This document shows, in pieces, positions 27,086 through 35,854 of a stretch of DNA of 64,000 nucleotides. The notes under the pieces are model-generated. The model searched no databases. It was not told the DNA's origin and saw only the letters and a program-made list of their open reading frames with translations. Positions within the stretch are counted from its first letter, which is position 1; every line of letters starts with the position of its first letter. Source of the DNA: Candidatus Roizmanbacteria bacterium CG_4_9_14_0_2_um_filter_38_17. GTDB taxonomy: Bacteria; Patescibacteriota; Microgenomatia; GCA-00278855. The DNA lies in assembly GCA_002788855.1 (NCBI GenBank), contig PFSB01000026.1:6142-70141 (forward strand), given 5' to 3'. Made by a program: the position numbers and the translations under genes.

Positions 27086-27119
27086 TCCAGGAATGTCAAC
27101 GTAGTACATTCCAGGAATG
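27086..27119. promoter_or_regulatory. Pair of palindromic boxes (AAA)TCCAGGAATG-N11-CATTCCAGGAATG
   Basis: Same 13-nt box as inside or upstream of the wHTH/Cas2-like gene at 20501-20533. Confidence 0.35.
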
Positions 27120-27166
27120 GGTTTTATGTTAAATTGGGATTTTAGCTTTCATGCTATCATCTACTT

Positions 27167-27871
27167 ATGAAAACAAAGCAAATCTATTATACAGAGCCGT
27201 ACAGGAAAACATTAACTTGTAATGTTATTGACGTTAAGATGGGAGACAATCTCACAGATGTAGTTCTTGATCAAACTATTTTTTATCCAGAGGGAGGAGG
27301 ACAGCCATCAGACAAAGGCTTATTAGGTGAGGCAAAAGTAGTATATGTACGTCTTATAGACGGAGAGATAGTACATCAAATAAAAGGTCGTATAGAAAAA
27401 GATCAGAAGGTTCAAGCTAATATAAATTGGGACAGAAGATATAAATATATGAAACGCCACACAGCCGGACATGTGCTTCACGATGTACTAATGACAATGA
27501 CCAATAAAATAATCCCAATACGCGGAGGGCATGGAAATAAGGCATTTTTAGAATATCAAGGAGTGGTTAACTCAGATATTAAGTCCGAATTAGAAGCAGA
27601 AATAAATAGAGTTATACAACAAGACTTATCAGTAATAACAAGCGAAACAACACAGGAAGAGCTAATAAGAGATTGTAAATTTGTTCTTCTGAATTTGCCA
27701 AAAAGTAAAAAATTGCGAATGATCAAAATAGGGGAATTTCCTCCAATGCCAGACGGTGGGATACACGTCAAGTCTACCAAAGAGATTGGACAGATCTGGA
27801 TTTCTAGTATTTCAGCACAAGAAAACAAGACAACTATTCGTTACGGTGTTACATCTAACCCGGAGAAATAA
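27167..27871 (+). CDS. alaX: AlaX-type tRNA editing protein (Ser/Gly-tRNA(Ala) deacylase; AlaRS/ThrRS second additional domain)
   Basis: Zinc-binding HxxxH (HTAGHVLH) and a CxxxH-like motif DGGIHV, typical of the tRNA_SAD editing domain. Confidence 0.8.
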   Translation: MKTKQIYYTEPYRKTLTCNVIDVKMGDNLTDVVLDQTIFYPEGGGQPSDKGLLGEAKVVYVRLIDGEIVHQIKGRIEKDQKVQANINWDRRYKYMKRHTAGHVLHDVLMTMTNKIIPIRGGHGNKAFLEYQGVVNSDIKSELEAEINRVIQQDLSVITSETTQEELIRDCKFVLLNLPKSKKLRMIKIGEFPPMPDGGIHVKSTKEIGQIWISSISAQENKTTIRYGVTSNPEK

Positions 27872-27892
27872 AAAAAATCCCGAGGTGTCAAC

Positions 27893-27913
27893 CTAACCCA
27901 CTCCAGGAGTGGG
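27893..27913. terminator. Bidirectional hairpin AACCCACTCC-AGG-AGTGGGTT between convergent alaX and the pilin gene
   Basis: 10-bp perfect stem located between convergent genes. Confidence 0.5.
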
Positions 27914-27922
27914 TTACTAGGA

Positions 27923-28435
27923 TTAATAATTGCGAAGGGTGACAGTTGAAGAAAAGTCTAGTGTTGAACTTGTTTGTATATCCTGCAGAGAGTAGTTGAC
28001 AACTACTCTTGGAGGAGATCCTGGGGTCTGATTGCAGGTAAAACTGCAGCTTATCATGCTTATGTTACCCGCTACTATAGTACTTTCAACCCCATCAACG
28101 CTCACTTTAATAGTTGAACTGTCACAGGAGATAGTCACTGGAACTGTAGCTCCAGATGAAGCGGGAACACTGGGGTCGCGACTACTAAAACTAATGCTGG
28201 TTGCTGTAATGGGAGGATTACAATTGGATGGGTCGGTTATCTTTCGGGCGTTTCTTAATCTTTTGGAGATATTCAGCATTGCATTGTCTCCAGATTGTCT
28301 TAATTCGATTAATGATTGAGTAGTTTGCGCACCCTTAAGATTTGCAAAAAAGATACGTGAGATAGCTACAGATAGCCCACCAAGAATGGCAACTACAACT
28401 ACAAGTTCGATGAGTGTAAATGCTTTATTTCTCAT
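27923..28435 (-). CDS. Type IV pilin / pseudopilin
   Basis: Prepilin leader MRNKA|FTLIELVVVVAILGGL with Glu5. Confidence 0.7.
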   Translation of the reverse strand: MRNKAFTLIELVVVVAILGGLSVAISRIFFANLKGAQTTQSLIELRQSGDNAMLNISKRLRNARKITDPSNCNPPITATSISFSSRDPSVPASSGATVPVTISCDSSTIKVSVDGVESTIVAGNISMISCSFTCNQTPGSPPRVVVNYSLQDIQTSSTLDFSSTVTLRNY

Positions 28436-28438
28436 AAA

Positions 28439-28867
28439 TTAACGATAAATGGCCTCTCCTGGCTGACTTAATGCCATCTCTAATATTACACTATCCGACT
28501 TTCCACCAAACGCCCAGTTGACTGTTACCTCAATATTGGCCACAGTACCGTTTATAGCACAGACTGCGTCACTGCTATATGGATTTTCATCATTAACCAT
28601 TGCCGCCCAGGTGCGAGCCTGACTACTACATCCTGTTGTAAAATCTGTCCAGTTTAATTGATCTCGCTTAGAACGGATATTTTCTAACCCTTGCTGGGCA
28701 ATGGTAGTTGCACGTGTACGTAGGCGAGATTTTTGAACTGTAGCTAAACTCGCAACTGAAAGAGAAACCAGGGTTACTAGGATTAGAGCGAGCATGCCTG
28801 TAACGAGGACAAGTTCAATAAGAGCCTGACCGTTTTGTCTAGTATGGTTCTTCATTAATAAGGACAA
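28439..28867 (-). CDS. Type IV pilin-like protein (minor pilin)
   Basis: N-terminal NGQALIELVLVTGMLALILV has a prepilin-like motif with Glu5. Confidence 0.55.
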   Translation of the reverse strand: MSLLMKNHTRQNGQALIELVLVTGMLALILVTLVSLSVASLATVQKSRLRTRATTIAQQGLENIRSKRDQLNWTDFTTGCSSQARTWAAMVNDENPYSSDAVCAINGTVANIEVTVNWAFGGKSDSVILEMALSQPGEAIYR

Positions 28868-29370
28868 GCTGCAGCTGTCAACTCTATACCTCCACCAGTT
28901 GTGACAGATACTATTGCATTTTTTATGCTGCTATCTTGTGCATGAGCAATACAAATTGTGTAATTGTTATTACTATTACCATATGGAGAGAGAAAGGTAA
29001 GATCAAAATTAGTTGAGAGCTCTATGCGACTATCAAATTCATAGCTTTTTTGTAGCGTTTCAACTCCATCTGAGCATATTGCGGATACCGTATAAGTATT
29101 AGTTGATGCAACCCCATTAACACGATAGCCAACTAGAGAGTCACTAGCACCACAGGTCGCGGATGGTTTGTAACCAGTATTAGCGTCGCTTTGGGCTTTT
29201 CTGAGTATGGAAACAAAATCTTTGCCCTGTTCTTGAACAACCTGCTTTTTAATAAAAGCGCCGTAGTTAGCTAACCCCTGCCATGTCAGAATGGACATAA
29301 TTCCTATTACAATTATTAGCTCAATAAGAGTGAAACCTGTGAGCTTCATGGGTTTTGTACTCCGTAACAA
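28855..29370 (-). CDS. Type IV pilin / pseudopilin
   Basis: Leader MKLTG|FTLIELIIVIGIMSIL. Confidence 0.7.
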   Translation of the reverse strand: MLRSTKPMKLTGFTLIELIIVIGIMSILTWQGLANYGAFIKKQVVQEQGKDFVSILRKAQSDANTGYKPSATCGASDSLVGYRVNGVASTNTYTVSAICSDGVETLQKSYEFDSRIELSTNFDLTFLSPYGNSNNNYTICIAHAQDSSIKNAIVSVTTGGGIELTAAACPY

Positions 29371-29846
29371 ACATCGTCTGTGGTAAAGTCAGGGTCACAC
29401 TCATCTGCTTCCCAGTTTGGTAGATTTTGACATTCACTACCACCATTAGAAGATGCATCTTCCATGATTGCTGTGAGAATATATCCTTGTCCGCTAGAGT
29501 TTGAGCGGTAATTATATCTGTATTTTGTCGGTTCTATGCAGGGTTCAATTTCTGATCCTGAATTTCGAGAATCAACTGGTATCTGGCTTGCAAAGTCTGG
29601 GACAAGATCAAGCGCGGCTACCCAGTCCGCAACCACTCCCGAACCTTCCCAGCTGCTTACTGGATATGTCCCATTATCGGATCTATAAAGCTCCAGAGCT
29701 TGTCTTATCACCTCAAGATCAACCATGCGACGGGAGTCCCTGGCTTTTTTGCCATAACTGGTGTAAGTGGCAAGACCAACACTAGACAATATAGCTATTA
29801 TAGAAATAACCACCATTAATTCTATTAATGTAAATCCCTTTTTCAT
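29346..29846 (-). CDS. Type IV pilin
   Basis: Leader MKKG|FTLIELMVVISIIAILSS. Confidence 0.75.
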   Translation of the reverse strand: MKKGFTLIELMVVISIIAILSSVGLATYTSYGKKARDSRRMVDLEVIRQALELYRSDNGTYPVSSWEGSGVVADWVAALDLVPDFASQIPVDSRNSGSEIEPCIEPTKYRYNYRSNSSGQGYILTAIMEDASSNGGSECQNLPNWEADECDPDFTTDDVCYGVQNP

Positions 29847-29855
29847 AGCTACTTA

Positions 29856-30224
29856 TTACTGGCGATTATTACGCACGTAGTCGGTTGCTGATCCCTCAAG
29901 ATCTGCTGATACAGTAAATGAGTCAGTTGCAAGAGTTATTGTGTAAACGTATGTACCAGAATTTGTTGGGTCTACTGGAATTCCTCCAGCAAACATTGCT
30001 GTACAAAGAGCAGTTGGATACGCAAATTTAGTACTACTACAAGTAGTATTGTCATATGCTAACTCAAGAGCGTCAGCGATTGCAATTATATCTGCTTGGC
30101 GTTTGGCGTCTCTAGCTCGCTTTTGTGATTGAGTATAAGTTGCCAGACCAGCTGCTGCTAATAATCCAATAATTGAGATTACGACCAATAATTCTATTAA
30201 TGTAAATCCTTTTTGTCTTTTCAT
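29856..30224 (-). CDS. Type IV pilin
   Basis: Leader MKRQKG|[18 protein letters not shown]. Confidence 0.75.
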   Translation of the reverse strand: MKRQKGFTLIELLVVISIIGLLAAAGLATYTQSQKRARDAKRQADIIAIADALELAYDNTTCSSTKFAYPTALCTAMFAGGIPVDPTNSGTYVYTITLATDSFTVSADLEGSATDYVRNNRQ

Positions 30225-30232
30225 AATCTCAC

Positions 30233-30255
30233 CCCCTTACCCACACACCCGGTGT
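30233..30255. repeat. REP-like palindrome CCACACACC-CGG-GTGTGTGG between pilD and the downstream pilin gene
   Basis: Resembles the CACACAC/GTGTGTG core of the IS200-flanking palindrome at 15894. Confidence 0.4.
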
Positions 30256-30265
30256 GTGGATGATT

Positions 30266-30994
30266 TTAGAAAAATATATTCCAGATATAGTCTGAGTAAT
30301 AAAGACTAATAACTGTTCCTAAGATAAGAAACGGGCCAAATGGAATAATCTGGCCAAACTTTTTTTTCTTACTTAATAATAGTATGACGCTTATAAAAGC
30401 CCCTGTCAAGAAAGCAATATAAAGAGCGACTATAGTTCCCGGGTGTCCTAAGAGAATCCCCAGAAATAATCCATACATGACATCACCCCAGCCCATACCT
30501 TTCCCGCGACTAATTACAATAAGCATAACAAAAAATACCGCTGCCAATACTGCTGAGATTATATGAGTTATAAGCTGAGATGGTTCATATACTAATAGAG
30601 CAATAGCCGACACGCCTAAGAGGGGATACATTAGTTTATCTGGTAAAAGATAATATTTAAGATCTGTCATAAATAGAGCTATTAGAAGAGAAAAAAGAAT
30701 TATTGTGAAAGAAACTGAGTAGATAGGGAAGTAGTAACTAAGCACAAAGACAAGTCCTGTGATTGCTTCAATTACTGGGTATTGAATAGATATGGGAGCT
30801 TTGCAGTATCTGCATTTTGCTCCCAGAAGTACCCAAGAGAGAATAGGTATAAGGTCATACCAGGAAAGCGTATGCTTACAGCGATCACAGTGGGATCTGT
30901 CAATGAATAGAGGTAAACCCGCAGGAATACGGTCTATAAGGACATTTAAAAAACTGCCAATTGCAGTTCCTAGTAAAAATAAGATTATTAACAT
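30266..30994 (-). CDS. pilD: Prepilin peptidase (A24 family) PilD
   Basis: N-terminal zinc-finger CDRC...CRYC followed by multi-TM A24 peptidase topology. Confidence 0.85.
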   Translation of the reverse strand: MLIILFLLGTAIGSFLNVLIDRIPAGLPLFIDRSHCDRCKHTLSWYDLIPILSWVLLGAKCRYCKAPISIQYPVIEAITGLVFVLSYYFPIYSVSFTIILFSLLIALFMTDLKYYLLPDKLMYPLLGVSAIALLVYEPSQLITHIISAVLAAVFFVMLIVISRGKGMGWGDVMYGLFLGILLGHPGTIVALYIAFLTGAFISVILLLSKKKKFGQIIPFGPFLILGTVISLYYSDYIWNIFF

Positions 30995-31009
30995 AATTTT
31001 ATTGTAGCA

Positions 31010-32899
31010 TTATTGCGAACGAAGTTTATAGATCTCAAAAGCTATCTCACCACTTTTCAATCTTATGTTATCTACTAATTTCCACTTTTTCCAGTCTATA
31101 TTAGCTCGCGACCTTTCGGAAATAGAGACGAATACTAAGCTGTTTTCCATATCTATCTGTGATCCATCGTGCAATTTTAGTTTTTCCTTTTTTGGAATAC
31201 CTGATATTTCGAGAAAGTAAAACTTATCAAAACGCTCAATGGTCAACCAACCAATTTGGTCTTTATCCTTGTATGCAAATAAGTCTTTGTTATTCTGGTA
31301 TTTTTCTGGATCCCATCCCAGATAAAATAAAATAAACTCGTGTGGTGAGCCATACTCAGTGGAAATAATAAATTTATCATAACTATCATAATTTTGTTTT
31401 ACATAATCTGCTACCTGTTTATATGGGTACTGCCAGTTTTGAGAGCAACATTTTGGATAGATCATAAAATACGTATACATATAACTTGCGGAAAGACTGG
31501 TTGTTATTGCTAAATATAAGAACCCTACTAAATAACCCGTTTTAAAATTACTTGTAAGACCGTGTAGGTTAATAATATTTACGAGCTTACTGCTGTTTCT
31601 AGATAGGTAAACGACTGTCGCTAATAAAAAGGCGGTTATAAATAACATCTGTCGTGGAGTAACTACATGGCTTGCAACCATAGCGATAACAAATAGGAAG
31701 TAGTAAATAGTATATTTTATTATGCCCGTTGATACTTTTTTTTGTGAACTAGAGATTTTTATTAGATTAAGTTGATGTGAGACCTCCACAACTCCATATG
31801 CCACTGTCATCAATAGAATAGGCAGCATGGTTGTAGCTCTCATCATATGGGGAGAATCATTCGTTAGGCTTGATGGAATAACCGCTAATATAATCCAGCC
31901 AATTATTAACCACGAATACTGCTTACTCTTATAATGCATAAAAAGGTAGAATAATCCGAAATATAAAAAAATATAATCAAGGTAGTAGATTAGCCCGTAT
32001 ACTGGGAAAACTAGATGATTTTGAGCAACTATACCAGTTAATAAAAACCCCACTGAAAAATGCTGGAACATTTTTTTGATAACTGCTCCGCCAATATACG
32101 CATATTGTAAAAATCCATAATCTCCAATTGATTCCACTGATTCAGCGCCCAGATGACCTTGTTGCTTTAATCGAACAAACATCTCGCCTGAGTTAATCTC
32201 TGGGATAAGAGGGAGGAAAAAAATTAGACCAACTAATATTGTACAAGTAACGGATATTTTGTTTTCTATTGCCTTCTTTAATACCTTTTTTCGGTATATA
32301 TAAAAGAATAGAATTAGAAATAATGGGATAAATCCTCTTTCGGAGTTATATGTCCAGATAGACAATCCAAAAAACATAGCAGAAATAATCCAGTTATTAG
32401 TTACCTTAAGTCCGCGCAGTAAAAAGTAAGCCCCAGCTGTGTGAAAAAAAAGCGCAAGATTTGCCTCAAAGGCTGCTCTGGATATAAACATCGTCCAGGG
32501 CTCTAGAACTACTAGTCCTGCGCTTAGTAAGGATATATAGTTTCTAAACCGAGACCCTATAAATATCTCTTTTGCAAGTAAATACGTAAATAACACCAAT
32601 AGAATACCCGCAATAATAGAAGGCAACCTCACCGCTAGGCTGGTTAATCCTAAGGTATGAATAAATGGCAGTAGTAGATAAATATATCCGGGAAGCTTAT
32701 TTTCACCAAAAGCCTTAAAAAGTAATGGAAGTTTTTGACCCCACTCATCATTCCCGGTTTGTAAAATTGAGTAAGCGTTGTATCCATGTGACACCTCGTC
32801 CCAGTTTAACGATGGGGGATTACTTGAAACATGATAAGTTCTGGATACTAAAACTAGAGCTGTGATAATAATGAAGCTTATATTTTTCTTTGTGAACAT
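31010..32899 (-). CDS. GT-C fold glycosyltransferase (ArnT/PMT, GT39/GT83-like, COG1807)
   Basis: About 12 or more TM helices. The N-terminal loop PPSLNWDEVSHGYNAYSIL...DEWG is typical of the ArnT/PMT family. It sits inside the pilin cluster. Confidence 0.7.
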   Translation of the reverse strand: MFTKKNISFIIITALVLVSRTYHVSSNPPSLNWDEVSHGYNAYSILQTGNDEWGQKLPLLFKAFGENKLPGYIYLLLPFIHTLGLTSLAVRLPSIIAGILLVLFTYLLAKEIFIGSRFRNYISLLSAGLVVLEPWTMFISRAAFEANLALFFHTAGAYFLLRGLKVTNNWIISAMFFGLSIWTYNSERGFIPLFLILFFYIYRKKVLKKAIENKISVTCTILVGLIFFLPLIPEINSGEMFVRLKQQGHLGAESVESIGDYGFLQYAYIGGAVIKKMFQHFSVGFLLTGIVAQNHLVFPVYGLIYYLDYIFLYFGLFYLFMHYKSKQYSWLIIGWIILAVIPSSLTNDSPHMMRATTMLPILLMTVAYGVVEVSHQLNLIKISSSQKKVSTGIIKYTIYYFLFVIAMVASHVVTPRQMLFITAFLLATVVYLSRNSSKLVNIINLHGLTSNFKTGYLVGFLYLAITTSLSASYMYTYFMIYPKCCSQNWQYPYKQVADYVKQNYDSYDKFIISTEYGSPHEFILFYLGWDPEKYQNNKDLFAYKDKDQIGWLTIERFDKFYFLEISGIPKKEKLKLHDGSQIDMENSLVFVSISERSRANIDWKKWKLVDNIRLKSGEIAFEIYKLRSQ

Positions 32900-32904
32900 A
32901 AGAG

Positions 32905-32935
32905 CATCTCAAGAATCACGGGATTCTCGAGATTT
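32905..32935. terminator. Stem-loop ATCTCAAGAATC-ACGG-GATTCTCGAGAT downstream of the major pilin gene (minus-strand attenuator/terminator)
   Basis: 12-bp stem with one mismatch, lying between the pilA stop and the next gene. Confidence 0.4.
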
Positions 32936-32968
32936 AATGAAATAACTACACTAGTTTACCTCATTTAA

Positions 32969-33457
32969 TTACTCTGGTACACATACGTGTGTAGATCCTG
33001 ATGCTCCACTGGCAGTCTTAGATGCTTGTGATTGGAATGTCTCTGATTCAGGTACGAAACAGATGTGCACCAAATCATCAGTATCTTTGCTTATAGCAAG
33101 CGCGTTTGTTCCAGAAGACATAACAATGCCCCTGCTAAAGAACTCTGGTTTGAGCTCTTTACTTGTGGTGGTTAGTGCAGTTTTTAGATCTGCATCTGTC
33201 ATTGTAGTTGGTACTGTACCTGTTCCACATGTCTTTGTAGCAACTACATAATCCCAGGGATAACATAGGAAAGTTGCTTGAAATCTCTCAATAGCATTGA
33301 GCATTTCTGATGCTGCTGTTTTACGTGAAGTATCATTAGCTTTTCTTGTTTGCTCAACTGGATTAATTGCTGAAATTAATGCTACTGCCAAAACACCGAT
33401 AAGAGCAATAACTATAAGCAATTCGATTAATGTAAAACCTTTTTTAATTATATTCAT
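32969..33457 (-). CDS. pilA: Type IV major pilin (PilA-like)
   Basis: Leader MNIIKKG|FTLIELLIVIALIGVLAVA, a strong RBS AAGGAGGTG, and a hairpin on each side. Confidence 0.8.
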   Translation of the reverse strand: MNIIKKGFTLIELLIVIALIGVLAVALISAINPVEQTRKANDTSRKTAASEMLNAIERFQATFLCYPWDYVVATKTCGTGTVPTTMTDADLKTALTTTSKELKPEFFSRGIVMSSGTNALAISKDTDDLVHICFVPESETFQSQASKTASGASGSTHVCVPE

Positions 33458-33488
33458 AAATATTCACCTCCTTTATTTCAGATTACTT

Positions 33489-33525
33489 AAGGCAAGACCT
33501 TCCATTTCATGAAAGGTCTTGCCTT
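33489..33525. promoter_or_regulatory. Hairpin family member A: AAGGCAAGACCTT-(CCATTTCATGA)-AAGGTCTTGCCTT, between the pilC stop and the pilA start
   Basis: 13-bp perfect stem. Related copies occur at about 35811 and about 39766. Confidence 0.5.
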
Positions 33526-33527
33526 GT

Positions 33528-34733
33528 TTATTTGATAGCATCGGTAAGATTATAGATAGGCATAATGATTGCCAACACAAGAAATCCTACGCCTACGCCT
33601 AATACAATCATGATAAGGGGTTCTATGGCAGTTGTCAATGCGCGAACAGACTCATTAGACTTGGTTTCAAAAAAATTAGCTAGTCTTTGCAAGGTTTCAT
33701 CGAGTTTGCCTGTTTCCTCACCAATTGTAATCATTTCCGCAAATATCGGAGGAAAGTTTCTGTTACTTGCAATTGTGATTCCCAGTGGATATCCCTTTTC
33801 TACTGCTGAACGAGCTTGGTCAAGACCTTTTTTGTAAATAACGTTATCTACTGCCTCGGCTACTATCTCTAGTGCTTTATTGATTGCTAGTCCTGCGCCA
33901 GCCAGTATGCCAAGGGTTCTGGCGGTTTCAATTAAGATAATTTCTTGTTGGAGAGGTCCAATAAGTGGAATTCTTATTTTCAGAGTGTCCCATATTTTTC
34001 GCCCAGATGTGGTCTTTTTCCATTGCGTGAAACCAAAATATAATCCACTAACGCCCAAAAGGATTAAGTACCAATAATTTGCAAAAACGTCTGACACCTT
34101 AATCAAAATTTTAGTTGCTATTGGCAAGTCTACTTCAAATTCTGTATATAAGTTGGTGAGCTTTGGAACAACAAAAGACATCATAATAAAACCAACTATT
34201 GCCATACCAATGATCACGATAGTAGGATAAATCATCGCCCCCTTAACCTTGTTTTGAAATTCTCGATTTTTTTCAAGATTATCTGCTAGTCGATTTAACA
34301 CATTGTCTAGAGTACCAGATGCCTCGCCAGACTGGATTAGGGCTATATATGTTCGCGTGAAGTGACTGGCGTTTTTTTCAAGTGCATCTGCGAGGGGAGT
34401 ACCGCCTTGTACATCAGAAAGAATATTGTTTAACAAGTGATTCATCTGCTCACTTTTACTTTGAGTAGCCAAAATTTCTAGCGATTTTGTTAGTGGTAAA
34501 CCTGCGTCGATCATTGTAGCTAATTGGCGGGTAAAATCGGTAACGTCCGAACTTGAAACACGACCAATTAATCTAGCTATGGGTATTTCACGTCTGATTT
34601 TTTCATCTATAGAAAGTACAAAGTATTTTTTTGAACGTAAGGTTTGTGAAGCAGTTTGAGCTGATGTGGCCTCTACTAAACCCGTGACCTTGTTGGAATC
34701 TTTGTCTATAGCCTTGTACTTATATTGTGGCAT
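33528..34733 (-). CDS. pilC: Type IV pilus inner-membrane platform protein PilC (GspF family)
   Basis: Two GspF repeats with three TM helices. Confidence 0.9.
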   Translation of the reverse strand: MPQYKYKAIDKDSNKVTGLVEATSAQTASQTLRSKKYFVLSIDEKIRREIPIARLIGRVSSSDVTDFTRQLATMIDAGLPLTKSLEILATQSKSEQMNHLLNNILSDVQGGTPLADALEKNASHFTRTYIALIQSGEASGTLDNVLNRLADNLEKNREFQNKVKGAMIYPTIVIIGMAIVGFIMMSFVVPKLTNLYTEFEVDLPIATKILIKVSDVFANYWYLILLGVSGLYFGFTQWKKTTSGRKIWDTLKIRIPLIGPLQQEIILIETARTLGILAGAGLAINKALEIVAEAVDNVIYKKGLDQARSAVEKGYPLGITIASNRNFPPIFAEMITIGEETGKLDETLQRLANFFETKSNESVRALTTAIEPLIMIVLGVGVGFLVLAIIMPIYNLTDAIK

Positions 34734-35788
34734 TATTTACGTTTTAACTGACGCATGAGCTCATCCGGTCTGTACGCCCAGTCTTTGGCCACTTCGAGAG
34801 AAATGGTTCCGTTGTTCACAAGGTTTGCCAGCGAGATTTCCAACAGATGCATACCAACTTCAGCTGATGTCTGAATTATGTTATCTATCTGATGCGTTTT
34901 ACCATCTCGAATAGCGGTTCGCACAGCTGTAGTTGCAAGTAGTATTTCCGTAGCTGGGACACGGCCACCTTGAGTAGCAAGTACAAGACGCTGAGAGACA
35001 ATTCCTTCTAAGATATCTGCTAATTGAGCTCGAGCCTGGTTCTGCTGGCTCGGAGGAAACACGTCAACCACGCGCTCAATTGATTGTGCGGCAGTATTGG
35101 TATGTAAGGTAGCAAAAACAAGATGTCCAGTTTCGGCAAGAGTAATCGTGGCTTGTATGGTTTCAAGATCTCTCATTTCTCCTACAAGTACTACATCAGG
35201 ATCTTCACGAAGGGCTGCCCTAAGAGCAAAGCGCCATGAGCTGGTGTCTGTATGAAGCTCTCGTTGAGAGACGATAGATTTACCTTTGGGAAAAACGTAC
35301 TCAATAGGGTCTTCAATGGTGATAATATGCTGAGATTTTTCCATATTGATGGAGTTTATCAGGGCTGCTTGAGTTGTTGTTTTGCCGTGTCCAGTTGGCC
35401 CAGTCATAAGGACAAGGCCTTGGCGCAGTTTCGTAAACTCGTGGAGCAATTTGGGTAAACCTAGCTCATCAATTGTGCGAATCTGTTGGGGAATAAGCCT
35501 GAATGCAGCCGATGGGGTGGAGCGTTGGTAATACAAATTTACGCGGTAAAAAGCACTATCTGATGCAATGGATAAATCTAGTTCTTTATTGGCATAAAAA
35601 AACTTTAACTGGATTTGGGTTGTAACTGAAGCAATGAGTTGATCTATGTCTTCTTTAATCAGATTATTGTAATTAGGAATAGCTATAAGTTCGCCGTTAA
35701 CACGAACCATAGGTGGGTAACTCACTATCAAATGTAGATCTGATGCTCCGCGTTTTTCAGTAATGGTGAGTAGTTCTTTGATAGTCAT
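34733..35788 (-). CDS. pilT: Type IV pilus retraction ATPase PilT
   Basis: Walker A GPTGHGKTT, Asp box, Walker B and His box. The N-terminus MTIKELLTITEKRGASDLHL matches canonical PilT. The ORF as computed starts upstream at 35827. Confidence 0.9.
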   Translation of the reverse strand: MTIKELLTITEKRGASDLHLIVSYPPMVRVNGELIAIPNYNNLIKEDIDQLIASVTTQIQLKFFYANKELDLSIASDSAFYRVNLYYQRSTPSAAFRLIPQQIRTIDELGLPKLLHEFTKLRQGLVLMTGPTGHGKTTTQAALINSINMEKSQHIITIEDPIEYVFPKGKSIVSQRELHTDTSSWRFALRAALREDPDVVLVGEMRDLETIQATITLAETGHLVFATLHTNTAAQSIERVVDVFPPSQQNQARAQLADILEGIVSQRLVLATQGGRVPATEILLATTAVRTAIRDGKTHQIDNIIQTSAEVGMHLLEISLANLVNNGTISLEVAKDWAYRPDELMRQLKRK

Positions 35789-35810
35789 ATTTATTTTGTA
35801 TTCTCGTTTA

Positions 35811-35847
35811 AAGGCTAAGCCTTTCATTACATGAAGGGCTTAGCCTT
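35811..35847. promoter_or_regulatory. Hairpin family member B: AAGGCTAAGCC-(TTTCATTACATGAAG)-GGCTTAGCCTT, between pilB and pilT
   Basis: 11-bp perfect stem. The loop shares TTCAT..ATGAA with copies A and C. Confidence 0.5.
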
Positions 35848-35854
35848 GACTCGC

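Noticed and set aside
27110-27140. TTTATGTTAAAT resembling the XerD arm of a dif site
   Set aside because: The XerC arm and spacer do not match the dif consensus. It is only an AT-rich 11-mer.
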